Shown here: positions 14,262-28,398 of the stretch, one piece after another
Numbering within the stretch: the first letter of the stretch is position 1
Layout: each line of letters starts with the position of its first letter
NCBI GenBank assembly: GCA_964016885.1
Contig: OZ024740.1
Location: forward strand, 146,382,001 to 146,446,000
DNA from: Eledone cirrhosa
Lineage: Eukaryota
Direction of reading: 5' to 3'
DNA length: 64,000 nt
Notes under the pieces: model-generated
Seen by the model: only the letters and a program-made list of their open reading frames with translations
Told to the model about the DNA's origin: nothing
Databases searched by the model: none
Translations under genes and position numbers: made by a program

Positions 14262-15116
14262 CACTATTAGCCGCTAAAGGGTTTTCCCTAAAAATGAAAG
14301 GCAGGCTGTATGATGCCTGCATACGAACAGCAATGTTGCATGACAGTGAGACCTGGGCATTGTGTGCAGAGGATATACGCAGACTAGAGAGGAACGAAGC
14401 TTGCATGCTCCGCTGGATGTGTAATAGTAATATACGTGAACGGCAAAGCATAAACGAACTAAGGGAAAAATTAGAAATAAGAGGGATCAGATGTTGTTTA
14501 CTCGAGAGAAGGCTACGTTGGTATGGTCACGTGATGCGCATGAAAGACGACAGCTGTATAAAAAAAGTGCAGTGCAATAAAGATAGACGGTAGCCACGGA
14601 GTAGGCAGACCCAGAAAAACCTGGGACGACCTGATAAATTCCGACCTCACACACTTACACCTCTCCAAGACAATGTCACTGGACCGAGATCTTTGGCGGT
14701 ACTCAGTAATAGAGAAGACCCGCCTTACCTAAATACAAAGTAAAACATACTACAGTCAGTAGGCATCTCTAACAAAATACACCCCCGTCCCACCACCCCC
14801 ACCCAGATCCACACCGCCCCTTTTAATGTAAAGTTATGTTGGTGCCACAACATCCAGGCCGAAACAAATGAGATCGTGTAGGTGTCACGACAAAAAAACA
14901 CACAGTCCACGCTGTAATGTGGCCGTGTAGGCAACACGGTAAAAACCTCCCAGTCCCACGCTGTAAATGTGGTTGGTGTTAGGAAGGGCATCCAGCTGTA
15001 GAAAACCCGCCAGACAGTCCTATGCGAGCAAGACAAGCACTCTTGCCTCAAGTGGGAAAACTCCCGTCCAAACCTATGCAAGCATGGAAGATGGACGTTA
15101 AACGATGATGATGATG
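14262..15116 (+). mobile_element. RTE LINE 3' fragment with tail
   Basis: [19 protein letters not shown]...RLRWYGHV; 3' UTR ends GGACGTTAAACGATGATGATG. Confidence 0.92.
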
Positions 15117-16791
15117 TCATCATTATCTTCATCATTTAACATGTTTTCCCTGACACCAATGGCTGGACGAGGTCATTACAGATCAAGAAACTATTTGAAA
15201 ATCAGAGTTACTTACTTTTCAGACTGAGAAGGGAAGGGTGCATTTCACTTGCATAGAAAGTGCGCTGGAGGCGTTTCATCATGCACCAGCACTAGAGAGG
15301 TTGTCATTCTTGAGGTAGAACTGATGAATTCTCTCGATTCTTTGTTTGGCAGGTTTTGTACAGCTGAAAACCCTTTCTATCACCAATCATCTTACAGTGT
15401 GTACTGATGCATTTTTCATGGTACCAGCACTATAGGTTGTACTATAATCAAAGGGTCCGCTCAACCCTTAATGGCATGGTTTCTGTGTCTGTAAGCCCTT
15501 CCTAACATCAACCACTTATCAAACTGTACTAGGCACATTTTATTCTGGCATCAGCACCTGGGAGGTTTTTGACCATTCATTCAACTGAAGAGACCTCTCT
15601 ATTCTATGAAGGCAGGGGAATAGGATAAGAGGAGAGAGGGAGAAGGAGGATGGTAAATATGATATCATGTGACAGTATGTGGGAGGAGGAGCAAGGATGA
15701 CAAGTATGACGTGTGTATAACAAGTGTAATGGGATTTAAAAGGGTGATATGAGAGAGGGCAGGATGTAAGAAAGTATGTTAAGGCTATAGGAGATAAAAG
15801 CACGTGAAGGAAAGATGTTATAGATGTATGGTAAATGTGATGAGATCTTTGAGTTGAGTGGGAGGGAGTTACTTAAGAGCTATGACTGATCTAGTGGGAT
15901 TTAACTGGGTGATGTGGAGTACAGTGATGGTGAGAATAGATACTCAGGGGCAATGGAGGAGAGGGTGTAAATGACTAAGGTCACATTTTTATACATGTTG
16001 CCAATTCTCAATACTCACATCTGATTGATCTTCTCACACACGCACGCACATAAACGAAATATTGAACGTCAACATCTATGCCTCTGATTTTTTCACAACC
16101 ATTGACTAATTATATAGTTATATAATATTTACGTATATATGTGTGTGTGTGTATGTATAATATATTCTTGCCAAAGGACGATGGGAAGGAGAGGTGGCCT
16201 TGAAGAGAGTGACATTTGATGTGGTTGGATGAAGAAGAGGGAATCATGAATATGAATGGAAGAGTCTAATACAACTTGTATAGTAGAAACAGCTTAAAGC
16301 TATCAGTACACACACACACACACACACACACGCACATGTATATGTGTGTATGTGAACATATCTATGTATGTGTGTGTGTGTGTGTGTCTATATATATATT
16401 TGAAAGGGAGCAAGGTTCTATACAAAACGGGTTATAGAGAAAAGGTGGAATTGGAAATAGCATGGAAAATATATTTAAGGATCTGTTTTTCTTTTTTTCT
16501 TCTTTGATTCATCAAAGTGACATTATTGTCACTTTGAATCAAAAAGAAAAACAGATCATTAAATATATTTTCCGTGCTATTTCCAATTCCACCCGCTCTC
16601 TCTCATATATATATATATATATCTGTATGTGTAGATATATATAGATATTGATTTTTTTTGTCTTCTTACAATATAAGCCAAATGTTATCACCCTTAGCAC
16701 TCCAGAGAAGGTTAGTATAGTAAATATAGTAAAAATCTGGAGTGGAGTAATGAGTACAATGATAATGATAATGATAATAATAATATTTCTA

Positions 16792-17140
16792 TTTTTGGCA
16801 CAAGGCCAGCAATTTCCCCAGTGCATTACTGGTGCTTTATTTTATTGACCGTGTAAGGATAAAAGGCAAAGTTAACCTCAGCGGGATTTGAACTCAGCAC
16901 ATAAAGGGCCGTAACTATGCTGCAAAGCATGGTGTCTAATGCTCTACCAATACTGCCAAACCACCTTTGGGTACTAGATCAGCAATTCAAGGGGAAGGAC
17001 TGGTACTTTATTTTATTGACTGTGAAGGATGTAAGTTAAAGTGATTTCAGTGGAATTTGAGCTCAGAATTTACAAACTGGAATAAATACTACAAAGCATT
17101 TTGTTGTTTACTCTATCGATTACGCCAATTTGCTTCATGT
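16792..17140 (-). mobile_element. Two adjacent tRNA-derived SINE copies
   Basis: TTTTGGCACAAGGCCAGCAA...TTTATTTTATTGACC...GGATTTGAACTCAG (reverse B box); same family as 38350-38930. Confidence 0.7.
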
Positions 17141-18550
17141 GCAAGATGAGATAATTGCGATTTATGTATAAGGTTGAACAATGAAAACAAATAAGACAAG
17201 GTTTTGTAGTATATTAATCAGTTGATCGTTTCAAAGGGTAAAAAAAATATACACACGCACATATATATATTCATCATCATCATTTTATGTCTGTTGTCTA
17301 TGCTTGCATGGGTTTGACAGGTTGTTACGTTTTGAGGCCAGACAGATAAGATGACTACATCTCACTCATACGTTTCATTTTGGCTTAGTTTCTACAGCTG
17401 GATTCCTTTCCTAAAGCCAACCACTTCATGGCATGTTCCTGGTATATTTTATTGTGACACTGCCATTACCACTTGACCACTTGACAGGGTATATATAATA
17501 CATGTATAGGTTGACCATAAGAAGATGACACAGGATTGAGTTGTCTGGTGAAGTGCAGTACTACAGAAGACTTGCCTTCCCATGCCTGTTTTATTTCACT
17601 CAAGTACAGCAAATCATCAGTCAACTTCATCTACTGTCATCTCCATAGTTAGTTTCAACTTCATGTAGTCAACCTTCACCACATCACCTCAAGTTTTCCA
17701 GGGGCTTCCTCTTCAACCGATTCATCAAATTTGAGTGCCTTGCACTTATTGATGCAGCTATCATTCTTCATAAATATCACATGCCCATAACACTGCATCT
17801 AATCCCTTTTATGCTCAGCTTTTTCTTTTTGTTATTGCATCATCATTTTTACACATTATTAGACATCCACTGAAGCATGCTCATTTCATTTCCTTCCAAT
17901 CTTTGCATATATATATGTATAGACAAGCATGCTTGTATGCTTAAGAAGTTGTATTGTAATCATGTTGGGTAAGTATCCTCTATAAAAGCATTACTTGATT
18001 ATTTATACAATGTGTGTGTGCATGTGTATATATCTACACACATATGATTATGTATGTATATTATTGTCATTATCATTTAATATCTATTTCCCTGCTAGCA
18101 AGGTTTGGGTTGTAACAAATAAAGACAGTACTTAATTGGAGCTCTTTATCTCTCAAATCAATCAGAGTTTGCATCATGCTTATATATGTTCCTGCAATCT
18201 ACAGAGTGTACTGGGTGCATGCTATAAACTAGGTTTTCATGTCTTTGACACGACTGAAGTGTCCTTTCAACCCTATCACCAACCGCATCTTAATGTAGCT
18301 ACATAATATATATATATATGTGTGTATATAGTGAAAAAGTGTGGATGTTAGAAAACATTCTATACAGATCATGTTATATAAGAAAATGATTTAAAAAAAA
18401 ATAGATGAAGAGTGCACCTTGTATAAATATAAAGGATCTATATAACATGTACAAAAATTGATGTTAGCAAAGCTTGCTTTCTCTGTTTTGGATTATCAAA
18501 ACATGTTATTAGTTTAAATTATGAATATATGTATGTGTATATTTATATAT

Positions 18551-18596
<46 letters not shown>

Positions 18597-18793
18597 ATAA
18601 TAATAAATTTGAAGACTAAAATCCAAAGAGGGCTCGATAAGGAAAAATATATATCAAATATATAAGAACCCTAGAGCAAATATTCTGTTATTTTAATAAA
18701 TATATATATATATATATACATATATATGTGTGTGTGTGTGTGTCTATGTATGTGTATATGTCTGTGTCTGTGGATATATATATATATGCATGC

Positions 18794-18829
<36 letters not shown>

Positions 18830-19539
18830 CACACACACTGAACACATATCTTTATGTGTACTTCTCTCTATATGTTGATTTATATATGTATATATATGTG
18901 TGTATATATATATATCAAAATCGTTTAACATCTATTTTTCCACGCTTGCTTGGGTTAGATGGCTTTGTCACGTAATGAGAAAACTCAGGTCAGGTGATCA
19001 TGTCTTGCTCATAGAGATCTGTATTTTGTCTTGGTTTCTATGACTAGATACACTTCCTTATGCCAACTACATTGAAGTGTGTATTGGGTGCTTTTTATCT
19101 TGGTACTAAAATGACCATCAAACAGAGTGGACAGTGCTTTTTCATTGTGTCACCGACACAACCACCTTACAGGGTGGACTAGGTGCTTTTTGCCTTGTCA
19201 CCAGCATGACTACCTTACAGAATGGACTGGGTGCTTTTATATCTCATGTCACTAAGACGACCACCATGCTTTTGAATGTAGTGCTTTTTTGTCCTGGCAG
19301 TAGCATTGTGTGAGAGCAGATGTAGAATGTGTTTAGCTTTCCATGCTTGTATGCATGGGTTGAACAGAAGAGATATATTAGAGATGAGGGTTGGGGAGGA
19401 TGAGTAAGCAAGTTTGATATGGATGATGTGAATGGGATATTTGTCTGGTGAGGAGGGATATTAAACTGGGGAGAAATAAGGAGACTAGTGTCCTCTACAT
19501 GATTGTTTCATCCTGTGCACATGGGAAGGCAGGTCTTCA

Positions 19540-20090
19540 GGTATAACACCAGAGCTTCAATGCTGTATCATCTCCTTTGAGAGGTTTAATTGGGTAATAC
19601 CAGCTTTTATCACTTAATTGCAAGCTTTCCTAGGTCTTCCTCATACTTTCCCATGACTTTTTATACAGCTGTTAGCCTCCATATGCATCACATGTCCATT
19701 CTACAACAATCTCCTCTCTTGTACACTACATCTCACCCCCTTATGCCCAGTTCTCTCTTAGTTCACTGACATTTTCCCGTTCATGTATTACACATCCCTT
19801 GAAGCATGCCAGCTTCATTTCTATCCAATCTTCGCAGATTACCAATGTTACTACCATGTAACATTGCTGTTCATACACATGCATCATACAATCTGCTCTT
19901 CATTTTGAGGGGAAAACCTTTTGTAGCTAGCAGCAGTAGTAGCTCCCTGAAAATTTTCCATCCCTTTCTCACTCTGGCTACTGTACTTTTGGAACACCCA
20001 CTTCCACTGCTAATTTGCTCACCTGAGGCCTCTTTCCTGTGAGCTTTTGCTGCTGAGCATCTAACACATTTAAAACCTACATTCTTGTAG
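19540..20090 (-). mobile_element. Decayed RTE LINE 3' fragment
   Basis: Antisense similarity to the KGF.L...YDA...HG.E region of the younger copies. Confidence 0.7.
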
Positions 20091-23000
20091 TGCTGGAGCT
20101 AAATTGTTTACTTAACAATTCTTCACACTTCTATACAACTATGCTCATGCAGTTGTGCTTTTTTTAATCTTTTCCATGATTGATTGATTGATTGATACAA
20201 ACACAAATATATAGTAGGAGACTTAGATTGTATTTATTTTACTGATTTAAGATAGCCCAAGTGAATGAACACCTCACTGTGTACATATTGCATGTTAGCA
20301 TGAAAATCAATGTAGCCAAGACAAAGATGCTGTTTGCTGGCATCTCACCTTCTGAAAGGGTCCCTTTCATACTCAATGGCAAGATTCTGGAAGAAGTCAG
20401 ATAATTCAAGTATCATGGCACCACCCTTACTGCTACAGGTCAAGGTAAAGAGGAGGTAGATGTCTGTATCAGCTGTGTATGAGCTGCTCTCTATCATCTT
20501 CAAGGCTGGCTCTGGTCTAGGATGGAGCCCTCTCTTTGGCTACAAAAATCTGCATCTATCAAACATTCCTTCATACTATTCTTTTCTGTGGCTGCGAAAT
20601 GACCAGTGGATTTAAACAAGCCGGAAGTTTTTGACCACTTTTGCCTTCAGAGAACCCTCTATGTTTGATTATTGGATTTTGTTTCGAACTCCAAAATTTG
20701 TTGACACAGTTGGATTGATACTTTTCAACAATTCTTTGTTTCTTCTGCTGTTTTGGTCATGCATTCTTTTGGCAGAAAAGGAAGAAAATGAACGAGACAA
20801 GATCACAAAAATATCATTGCACCTCGTCAGCTCTCAGACTGGCTGTAGTTTCACATGATTTAACTTGGGAGGACTACATAAAATTGTGCAACAGAAAATA
20901 AATATTTCTGCTGGTATGATGTATGCGTGATAAAATGAACAAAATAGATTGACAGACAGATAGATCGGAGAGAGAAGTAGGATGCGTCCGTTTGACACCA
21001 AGTCGCTGCTAGAAAGGACATGTTGCACATTTATGTGTCTGTATGTCATTATCTTCAATGCCATTTGTATATGTATGTATATATATTTATGTGTATATAT
21101 ACATGTACCCCTCATATATATATAAATATAATATAATATATATATATATAAATATAATATAATATATATATAAATATAATATAATATAATATATATATAT
21201 ATTGTGTGTGTGTGTATGTTTCTGTATTTATGTATGAATGTGCATGTGTTGGGCTGCATCCCTTAGACAAATAACAAATTCAAATTTATTTGAGTAGTCA
21301 TCAAATTTAATAGTCTTTTTTTTGTGTGTATGTATGTATCTCCCCTTTGAAAGAAGGTCATTGAAAAGTGAGAAATGTGACTGTTATCAGTCTAATGATC
21401 TGACAAGTCCTTTCATTTCTATTACACATACGCACACACACAAACACTTATATGAATATATACATGAACATATTTTATTAGTGTATTTTTATAAAAACTG
21501 AATTTTGATAATTTTCATTATTATTTGGAAATTATTTTCACATGTTTAGTTTGGTTGTGATTAAATTACAAAAATAAGATTTTACATGTGTCTTATATTT
21601 GTTATTTTGTTGTCAACAGAGGTAGTAACTCTGTTAACAACAAATGAAGGTTTCTCTCTATGAACAAAAGGTCAGCTGTATGATGTCTGCATGTGATGTG
21701 TAATGTTCCATGGTAGCGAAACATGTGCAGTAAATGCAGAGAATATGTGAAGGCGAGAAATGAAGTGAGCCTGCTTCAATGGATCTGTAATGTTAATGTG
21801 CGTAAACAATTAAGCATGTATGAGCTGAGAGAAAAACTATGTATAAGAGGAATCAGATGAAGTGTGCAACTGTGTTGGTATGGTCATGTGATGCATATAG
21901 TTGATGATAGTTAAGTGAAGAAATGCCAGGAAATCCCAGTGGATGGAAGCTACAGTAGAAGAAGACTAAGACAAACTGCTAAAGCTCACAAAAGAAATGG
22001 AAAAAAAAAAGAAAAACCTAAATGAGTGGAGGAATGCTGTGCTGGAAAAGACTTACCAAAGCTAAGCAAGTATAGAAAAGCAGGCATAAAATGATGATCT
22101 TCATAATCTGCTGATTTGACAAATCTCTTCATTTTCTTATCAAACATCACCAGGAAACAACAAAGATGACAGTACAAGAATCAGATGAGGCCAGGGCAAC
22201 ATAACTTCAGGATAAAAGAATCAGGACAAAAAAAAAAAAAGAAAGGGAAAGAGAAGTGGAGGAGAAGCATGCATGTCTCCAGGATCAGAGGCAAATAAGT
22301 AGCATAAGTGTTAAAGAGACGGTGTGTGAAAGGGCTTTGTGTCTCCTCAATGACAATGAAAGGAATCAAATGATGAAAGCAGAAGCAACTGATGAGGAAA
22401 GGGAAAATCAACTTGAGAATATGTAGCAAAGTGTGATTACTGTGAGACTTGCTGAAGATGACAATGCATGCTTTTGACAACAAGAACTCAACTGTGAAAG
22501 AGCAAGGCCTACTAGACTGATAGTCTCTTTGGTATATGTATTGTATACATGTTGAGTGAAGAATGCCAAAAGCAATTTATGGCTCATTTATGCTGTCTGA
22601 TGTGACTCAAAGCATCAAGTACCAATACCACAATATTATGATAGGTTCTAGCAAGTAGAGATATAAGACCCAAATAAAGTTCCAGAACTGCATGAGTTGG
22701 TATTGATACAAAGTATCCATGGTCTGTATAGCACCAACAATTTACAGTGATAACAATATGGTACAAGTAGTAAGAGGTACCCAATGCTATTTATTGAACA
22801 TACAAAGTTTAGGGAGCTGTAATCTCTTGTTTATAGGAGATAGTCTTTGGAAATAGGATGGCTGAAAACATAAAAAAGGATGACATTGAAATTTTACAGT
22901 GAGTGATTCCCTATAATGCCTAATTATTGAAGCTATTCAATTGCCAATCTCAATGTAGAAATTTGCTTGTCTACCAAGTCCAGCACATAATCAAGTGCCC

Positions 23001-23369
23001 TTTGCTGAGCAGTATCAAGTCTTCTTTTACTATGATATTATGATACTACTATGCAATTGTATGATGATATAGCAAGAACCAATTGGAGAAAATTCATGGA
23101 ACTTTGCACTCATGATCCATTTGGAAAAAAAACCTGTTCTGTGTTGATATTCAAAAACTTTACACTTGGATTAATAAGAGGTGAGAAAGAAGGAAGTTGG
23201 GAGAGAGTGAAGGAGTATCCAGGCATTTTTGAAGCCATTGTTTTAGGTAGAGTGGTGTATATCATCACCACAAAATGATAAACTTTTACTATTTGAAACT
23301 CCTTCTCCATCACATAAGTTGCCAGTATGTTTTGAATAATTGAAAACTCATGGTGGAAATATTCTTTTG

Positions 23370-24880
23370 TCATTCAAAGACATTCAAAGAGAGGATTACT
23401 GCAAGCTGTCAATTATTGACAACAAACTAAGGAAGACACTGAGATAACAAGAATCCCCAGAACTGAGAAATTTTTTGGCATCTTGCTAACAAATACTGAG
23501 ATCAACAATTTACAGCAATTATGGGACAGTGCTAGCATCATCTAGTATTGCAATATCATTGATATCTGGTGGTAGGACAGTACTAACATCATCTGGTATT
23601 GCAGTACCATTGATGGTGGTAGGACGGTACTAGCATCATCTGGTATTGCAGTACCATTGATGGTGGTAGGATGGTACTAGCATCATCTGGTATTACAGTA
23701 TCATTGATATCTGGTGGTAGGACAGCACTAGCATCATCTGGTATTGCAATATCTGGTGGTAGGACAGTACTAGCACATCTGGTATTGCAGTATCATTGGT
23801 ATCTGGTAGTAGGACAGTACTAGCATCATCTGGTATTGCGGTACCATTGATGGTGGTAGGACGGTACATATTGAGTCAAGATACCACACAAAGGGAATAA
23901 ACATACTGTGTGTAACATTGATAAACAATCCAATACTGCAAATTTGTTCTGAAATGTGAAGCTTATTATTTTGGATGAGTGCCCTATGATTAAGAAGGAG
24001 AACTTTGAAGCTATAAATCAAACTTTTCAAATTGTATGTAACAAGAATAAGGCCCTTGAGAAAGAATTTTAACCATTTGCTGTAGCAGTTTCATTTTGTG
24101 AAATGATGAAATGATGCTGATGGAGGGAATTCATGCATTAAAAAAAAATCATATTTATGGAGAAGCTTCAAGTTTTTACTGAAAAGAAACCTGCAATTGA
24201 CTGAGGAAGAAAGTAGATATTCTGATTAGATGTCGGAGATGATAAAATTCAGAAAAATGAAAATGTTAAAATTGAATAACTTTAAGATAGGGTTCTTCCA
24301 GCAAGAACTATCAAAGAAAGCATAGATTTCATCTATCCACATTACCATAGAACAGTTATCTAAGAATTGCATCTTGGTTTCTCTCAATTAAATGATAAGA
24401 AAAACATCAATTCACCTTGCATTAGATGCTTTCCTAGAATCTTGAAATAGTACCATTCACACTATTCATTCAATGCCATGAATGAAGGAGCTAACACTAT
24501 TCATTTTACAACAGAATTCCTAGATTCAGTTGAACTCTTTGGGTGCTACTGCATAAACCAGCATTAAAGAGCAGATTCCAATCATTTTAATGAAGAACTT
24601 GGATCCTCCAATGGAATGCAAATAATCTTAAAAGAACTACTCAAGAATGTTTTTATAGCAAAGATTAATGTGTTAAAAAAATGGCAGTCATGATCTCAAG
24701 AATTACAATTAATACATCAGAAAATGAGGGTGTCCTTCAGCAGAGCCATTTATCAAAAGTTGTGCTTTGCAATGATTACACATGAAGTGTAAGTACTGAC
24801 CATATTGAATGTATTGATTTATCTTGAGAAACTGATATTCCAACATGGCCAACTGTATGTTGCTTTAAGCAAGGGTATTT
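23370..24880 (+). mobile_element. Helitron Rep/PIF1-helicase remnant
   Basis: Fragments LASSGIAVSLISGGRTV (PIF1 motif Ia), ILDECPM, EFLDSVEL, IILMKNLDPP, LCFAM and FQHGQLYVALS, broken by stops and frameshifts. Confidence 0.8.
23524..23867 (+). repeat. Minisatellite, 7 units plus a partial unit, 42-51 bp each
   Basis: Unit GGACAGTACTAGCATCATCTGGTATTGCAGTATCATTGATATCTGGTGGTA. Confidence 0.93.
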
Positions 24881-27800
24881 TGACGTATTCTGAAAGAAGG
24901 CAGATCTAACAGAAAGGTTGTCATTAAAAGTATTCTTCCTTCATTTCTTAAATGAACAAGAACAAAGAAAAAACAATACCATTCCAAATAATTTAATGTT
25001 CATTCAGGTCACATCAAAATGTTTTTCCTTTATCTCAATGGGTAACCCAACAGTTGTCTATCTATCTATATACTATAATCCCCATTGTGTTTTTGAATTA
25101 ACATAACTAAAATATGCTGACTTAAATACGTTTCAACTTTCTGAAGGAGGAAGGACTGAAAAGTAATTGTTATTGGGTTGCCTGAACATATTGAATTAGT
25201 TTCTGATTAGAAAAGCTAAAAAAAAGACCCCTGATTTGAATTCAGTACCCATGAATTACTAATTGAATATTCAATTGCTTAAAATAAAACTAATTTACTC
25301 TCTTCTGGTAATTTTTTAAAAAGTCAAAACTGCACACTGAATTTGGTGTTTGGTTGAAACTTATGAGTACATGAAATTGCAAGACAATGATTGCAAGACA
25401 TTTATCTGTGAGAAATGTTCCACTGTTATCTGACATTTATTCTAATTGCTTTAAATATAAAGCTCTCCTTTTTATCTGTTATTGTGTTAAAGAAAAGAGA
25501 TAGTTTCTTTGATTTATTGAAACACTGTGATGAGCAAAGGAAAGGAAGCCTGTAAATGCATAATCAAATAGATTGTGATATCATTACATTATCTACACAT
25601 TATAAATCATCCACTACTGGATGTAGAAGGTTTCTTAAAGATCAATGTAAAAAAGTAATCATTTAATATTTCCCTACATACAGAGAAAAGAAATACATAA
25701 TAAGAACAATACATCATTTGGATATGCTTACCTGGAATGATTATTCTGTCAACTTAGGTATTTTTGTTCTGTAAACAATATGAACAAATTATACATAAGT
25801 CTGCTATTCTGAATGCAAATGGGATTTAGGTTAATCAATGATCAGAATATTGTGTTAATCAACCCAATAATTGCAAATTTAAGTAAATGATTCATGGAAA
25901 TCAGTAAATTGGATGGAAGAGTAAGTATATTATAATATTGATTTTTAATAATCAAACTAGGGCACAGACTGTATGGAAGGAGTGATGCAAGGCGAAGTTG
26001 AAATCAGAATGGAGAAGAGAAAACTATATACAATAAAGCATTTATTTCAGTACTCTCTTCTTTATGCTATAGACAGGGATATAGTTGATTGTGAACCTCA
26101 TCGTAATGATAATATTTAATTTTGGAAAATATTTCCTATAAGTGAATATAGATATTATAAGTATTGCCTATCATTGTAAGAACAATATTAATGAAAAACC
26201 ACATTAGAAACAGAAAGATTACCAACGTCTGGCCTTTGTTATTGTTTGAAAGAAGATGCATTGTGGGGTTGTTCCAATTGTGATATTTGAATATTTATGT
26301 TGAAAGACAAGTCAGTAAGATGATTATGAAAGAGACTGGTTGAGGAAGTATCTGAAGAAAAGATACTGTCTGGATATTGACTTCCTTGTTCTAAAGTGAT
26401 CACAACTTCTTGGTAACTTGGCTAGTTTGTAGGTTACTATAATAATACTCATCATAGAAATCTTGTAATTAATGAAAAAAATATCTATTATACAAATCTT
26501 TCAATATATAATTTAGTTTTAAATAGGTTTCTTCCTTTAATGCATTATATTTCTTGTATTTTCTTCTAATATATGTAATGTGTTTGACCTCCGTTGGTTG
26601 CAACAATGAGTGTTCAAGTTGGTTCAATCAATGGAGTAGCCTGTTTGTGAAATTAATGGCTGAGCATCCTACAGACATGTGTATCCTAGGAGATTCAGTG
26701 TGACACATGATGAATTACAGGTACAACTCATCTTTGAATGGACTGGAGCAATGTGAAATAAAGTGTCTTGCTCTTGGACACATGTCACTGAGAATCAAAC
26801 TGATAAATTTATGATAGTGAGCTGAACACTATTCACTAGACCATATATGCCTTCACCTCATATATATATGTATATAAATACCATGTATATAATTCTTAGA
26901 AATACGCTTTTTATTGAGTTATTTAAGGTAATCCCAAAGTGATTAGCGTGTCAAATAAAAGTTTTCATTCCTACATTTTTTTTCCTACGAAAACATGCTC
27001 TTTTTCAAAATATTGTATTAATTTACAAAATTATTCTAAATGAATTATTGTACTAATCAGCAACATTTTTGTGGGTATACAATATTCTTAGTTTCTCTGT
27101 CAAAAGCTAAACAGAAATTTCAGGGGGAAAAAATCAATTTGCTATAGGCAAAATTTTAGGTTCAAAACTGTGAGCTACAACTTGAAACATTTTTACATAC
27201 ATTCATATTTATTTTGTAATGATTTAGCAGAAAATATCTAAAAAATGGGTTTTTTAATTTGTTGTATAAATTAATTTTTAATGTGATGCAGTCACAGTGG
27301 TGTTCTGTATATTTCAAGAATGTCTTGCTAATGTGGTTTCATGAATTAAGGTGTGACTCAGTTGCAATTATAGAGAGGTTTGGAAGGGAATTAACAGCTG
27401 TTATTAATCAGAATCTAGCACAAATAAAAAAACTCAAATCTAATGACTTAATCTTAATTTATTTATTTTTCTTTAGATGGGAGGGGGAAGAGGTAACTTA
27501 TTTTTTGAGACCACCAAGGTGTTCCCAAATTAGAGACAATCTGAATGATTGCAACAAAAGGTAATTCCATTTATAGAGTCTAAGGGCTGAAAGAAATACC
27601 ACAAGGCATCACTTTTAATTCTGTTAATTCACTGCCTGGACTGGTACATTATTTTATTGATCCTAAAAGGATTGGAAGGAAGGCCACATGATTTGAACTC
27701 TGGATGCAGAGAACTGGAACAAATACAGCAAAGCATTTTGTTCTATCCTCTAACAATTCATCTAATTCACCATCATTGATGCAACTGTGTTAATAATAAT

Positions 27801-28171
27801 GTCTAATTTTGGCACAAGGCCACAATTGATGATTTAATTGTCCACAGAATTTGAAGGGTATTAATTTCAGAAAGATTATAGGCGAAGATGATCATTGAAA
27901 TGAAAACTGAAATTTACAGTTCTCTCCTGTGCAGGTTTTGTAATATTAGTTCCAAACATCTCTGAGGTTCAAATCATGTTTAGGTCAACTTTGCCTTTCA
28001 TCCTTTGGATGCTAATAAAGTACCAGTCTGGGGTGGGGGTGGGGGATTCTTCTCTCTGCATTAGGCATTTAGGACCTGTAGCATGGCACAGAAATATATG
28101 AGTAAGAGAGAAACCACATATAAATATATAAATTCAAGGGACTGTTAGAATAAAATAAACATTTTCAAATT

Positions 28172-28398
28172 ATTTGAAAATGCGAGAATCTCAAACGCAA
28201 AAAATAACTGTATGAACAGTCAGTTGCTGAGAGAATTGGGAAAAAATACCCCTAGAGATGAAAAAAGTTTACAAAGATGTTTTGTCCACTTTCTTTCTGT
28301 TTCTAGGGGTATTTAGCCCAATTCTCTCAGCTAATGTTTATAGAATCAACTGTTATTACAGTTATTTTCTGTAAGTTTGGGTTTTTCGAATTTCAAAT
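28172..28398. repeat. Imperfect palindrome (MITE / fold-back-like)
   Basis: GCTGAGAGAATTGGG..AAATACCCCTAGA pairs with TCTAGGGGTATTT..CCCAATTCTCTCAGC; outer AAAATAACTGTA pairs with TACAGTTATTTT. Confidence 0.75.

Noticed and set aside
23524-23867. CRISPR-like array
   Set aside because: Contiguous tandem units without unique spacers, eukaryotic context, and derived from Helitron coding sequence.
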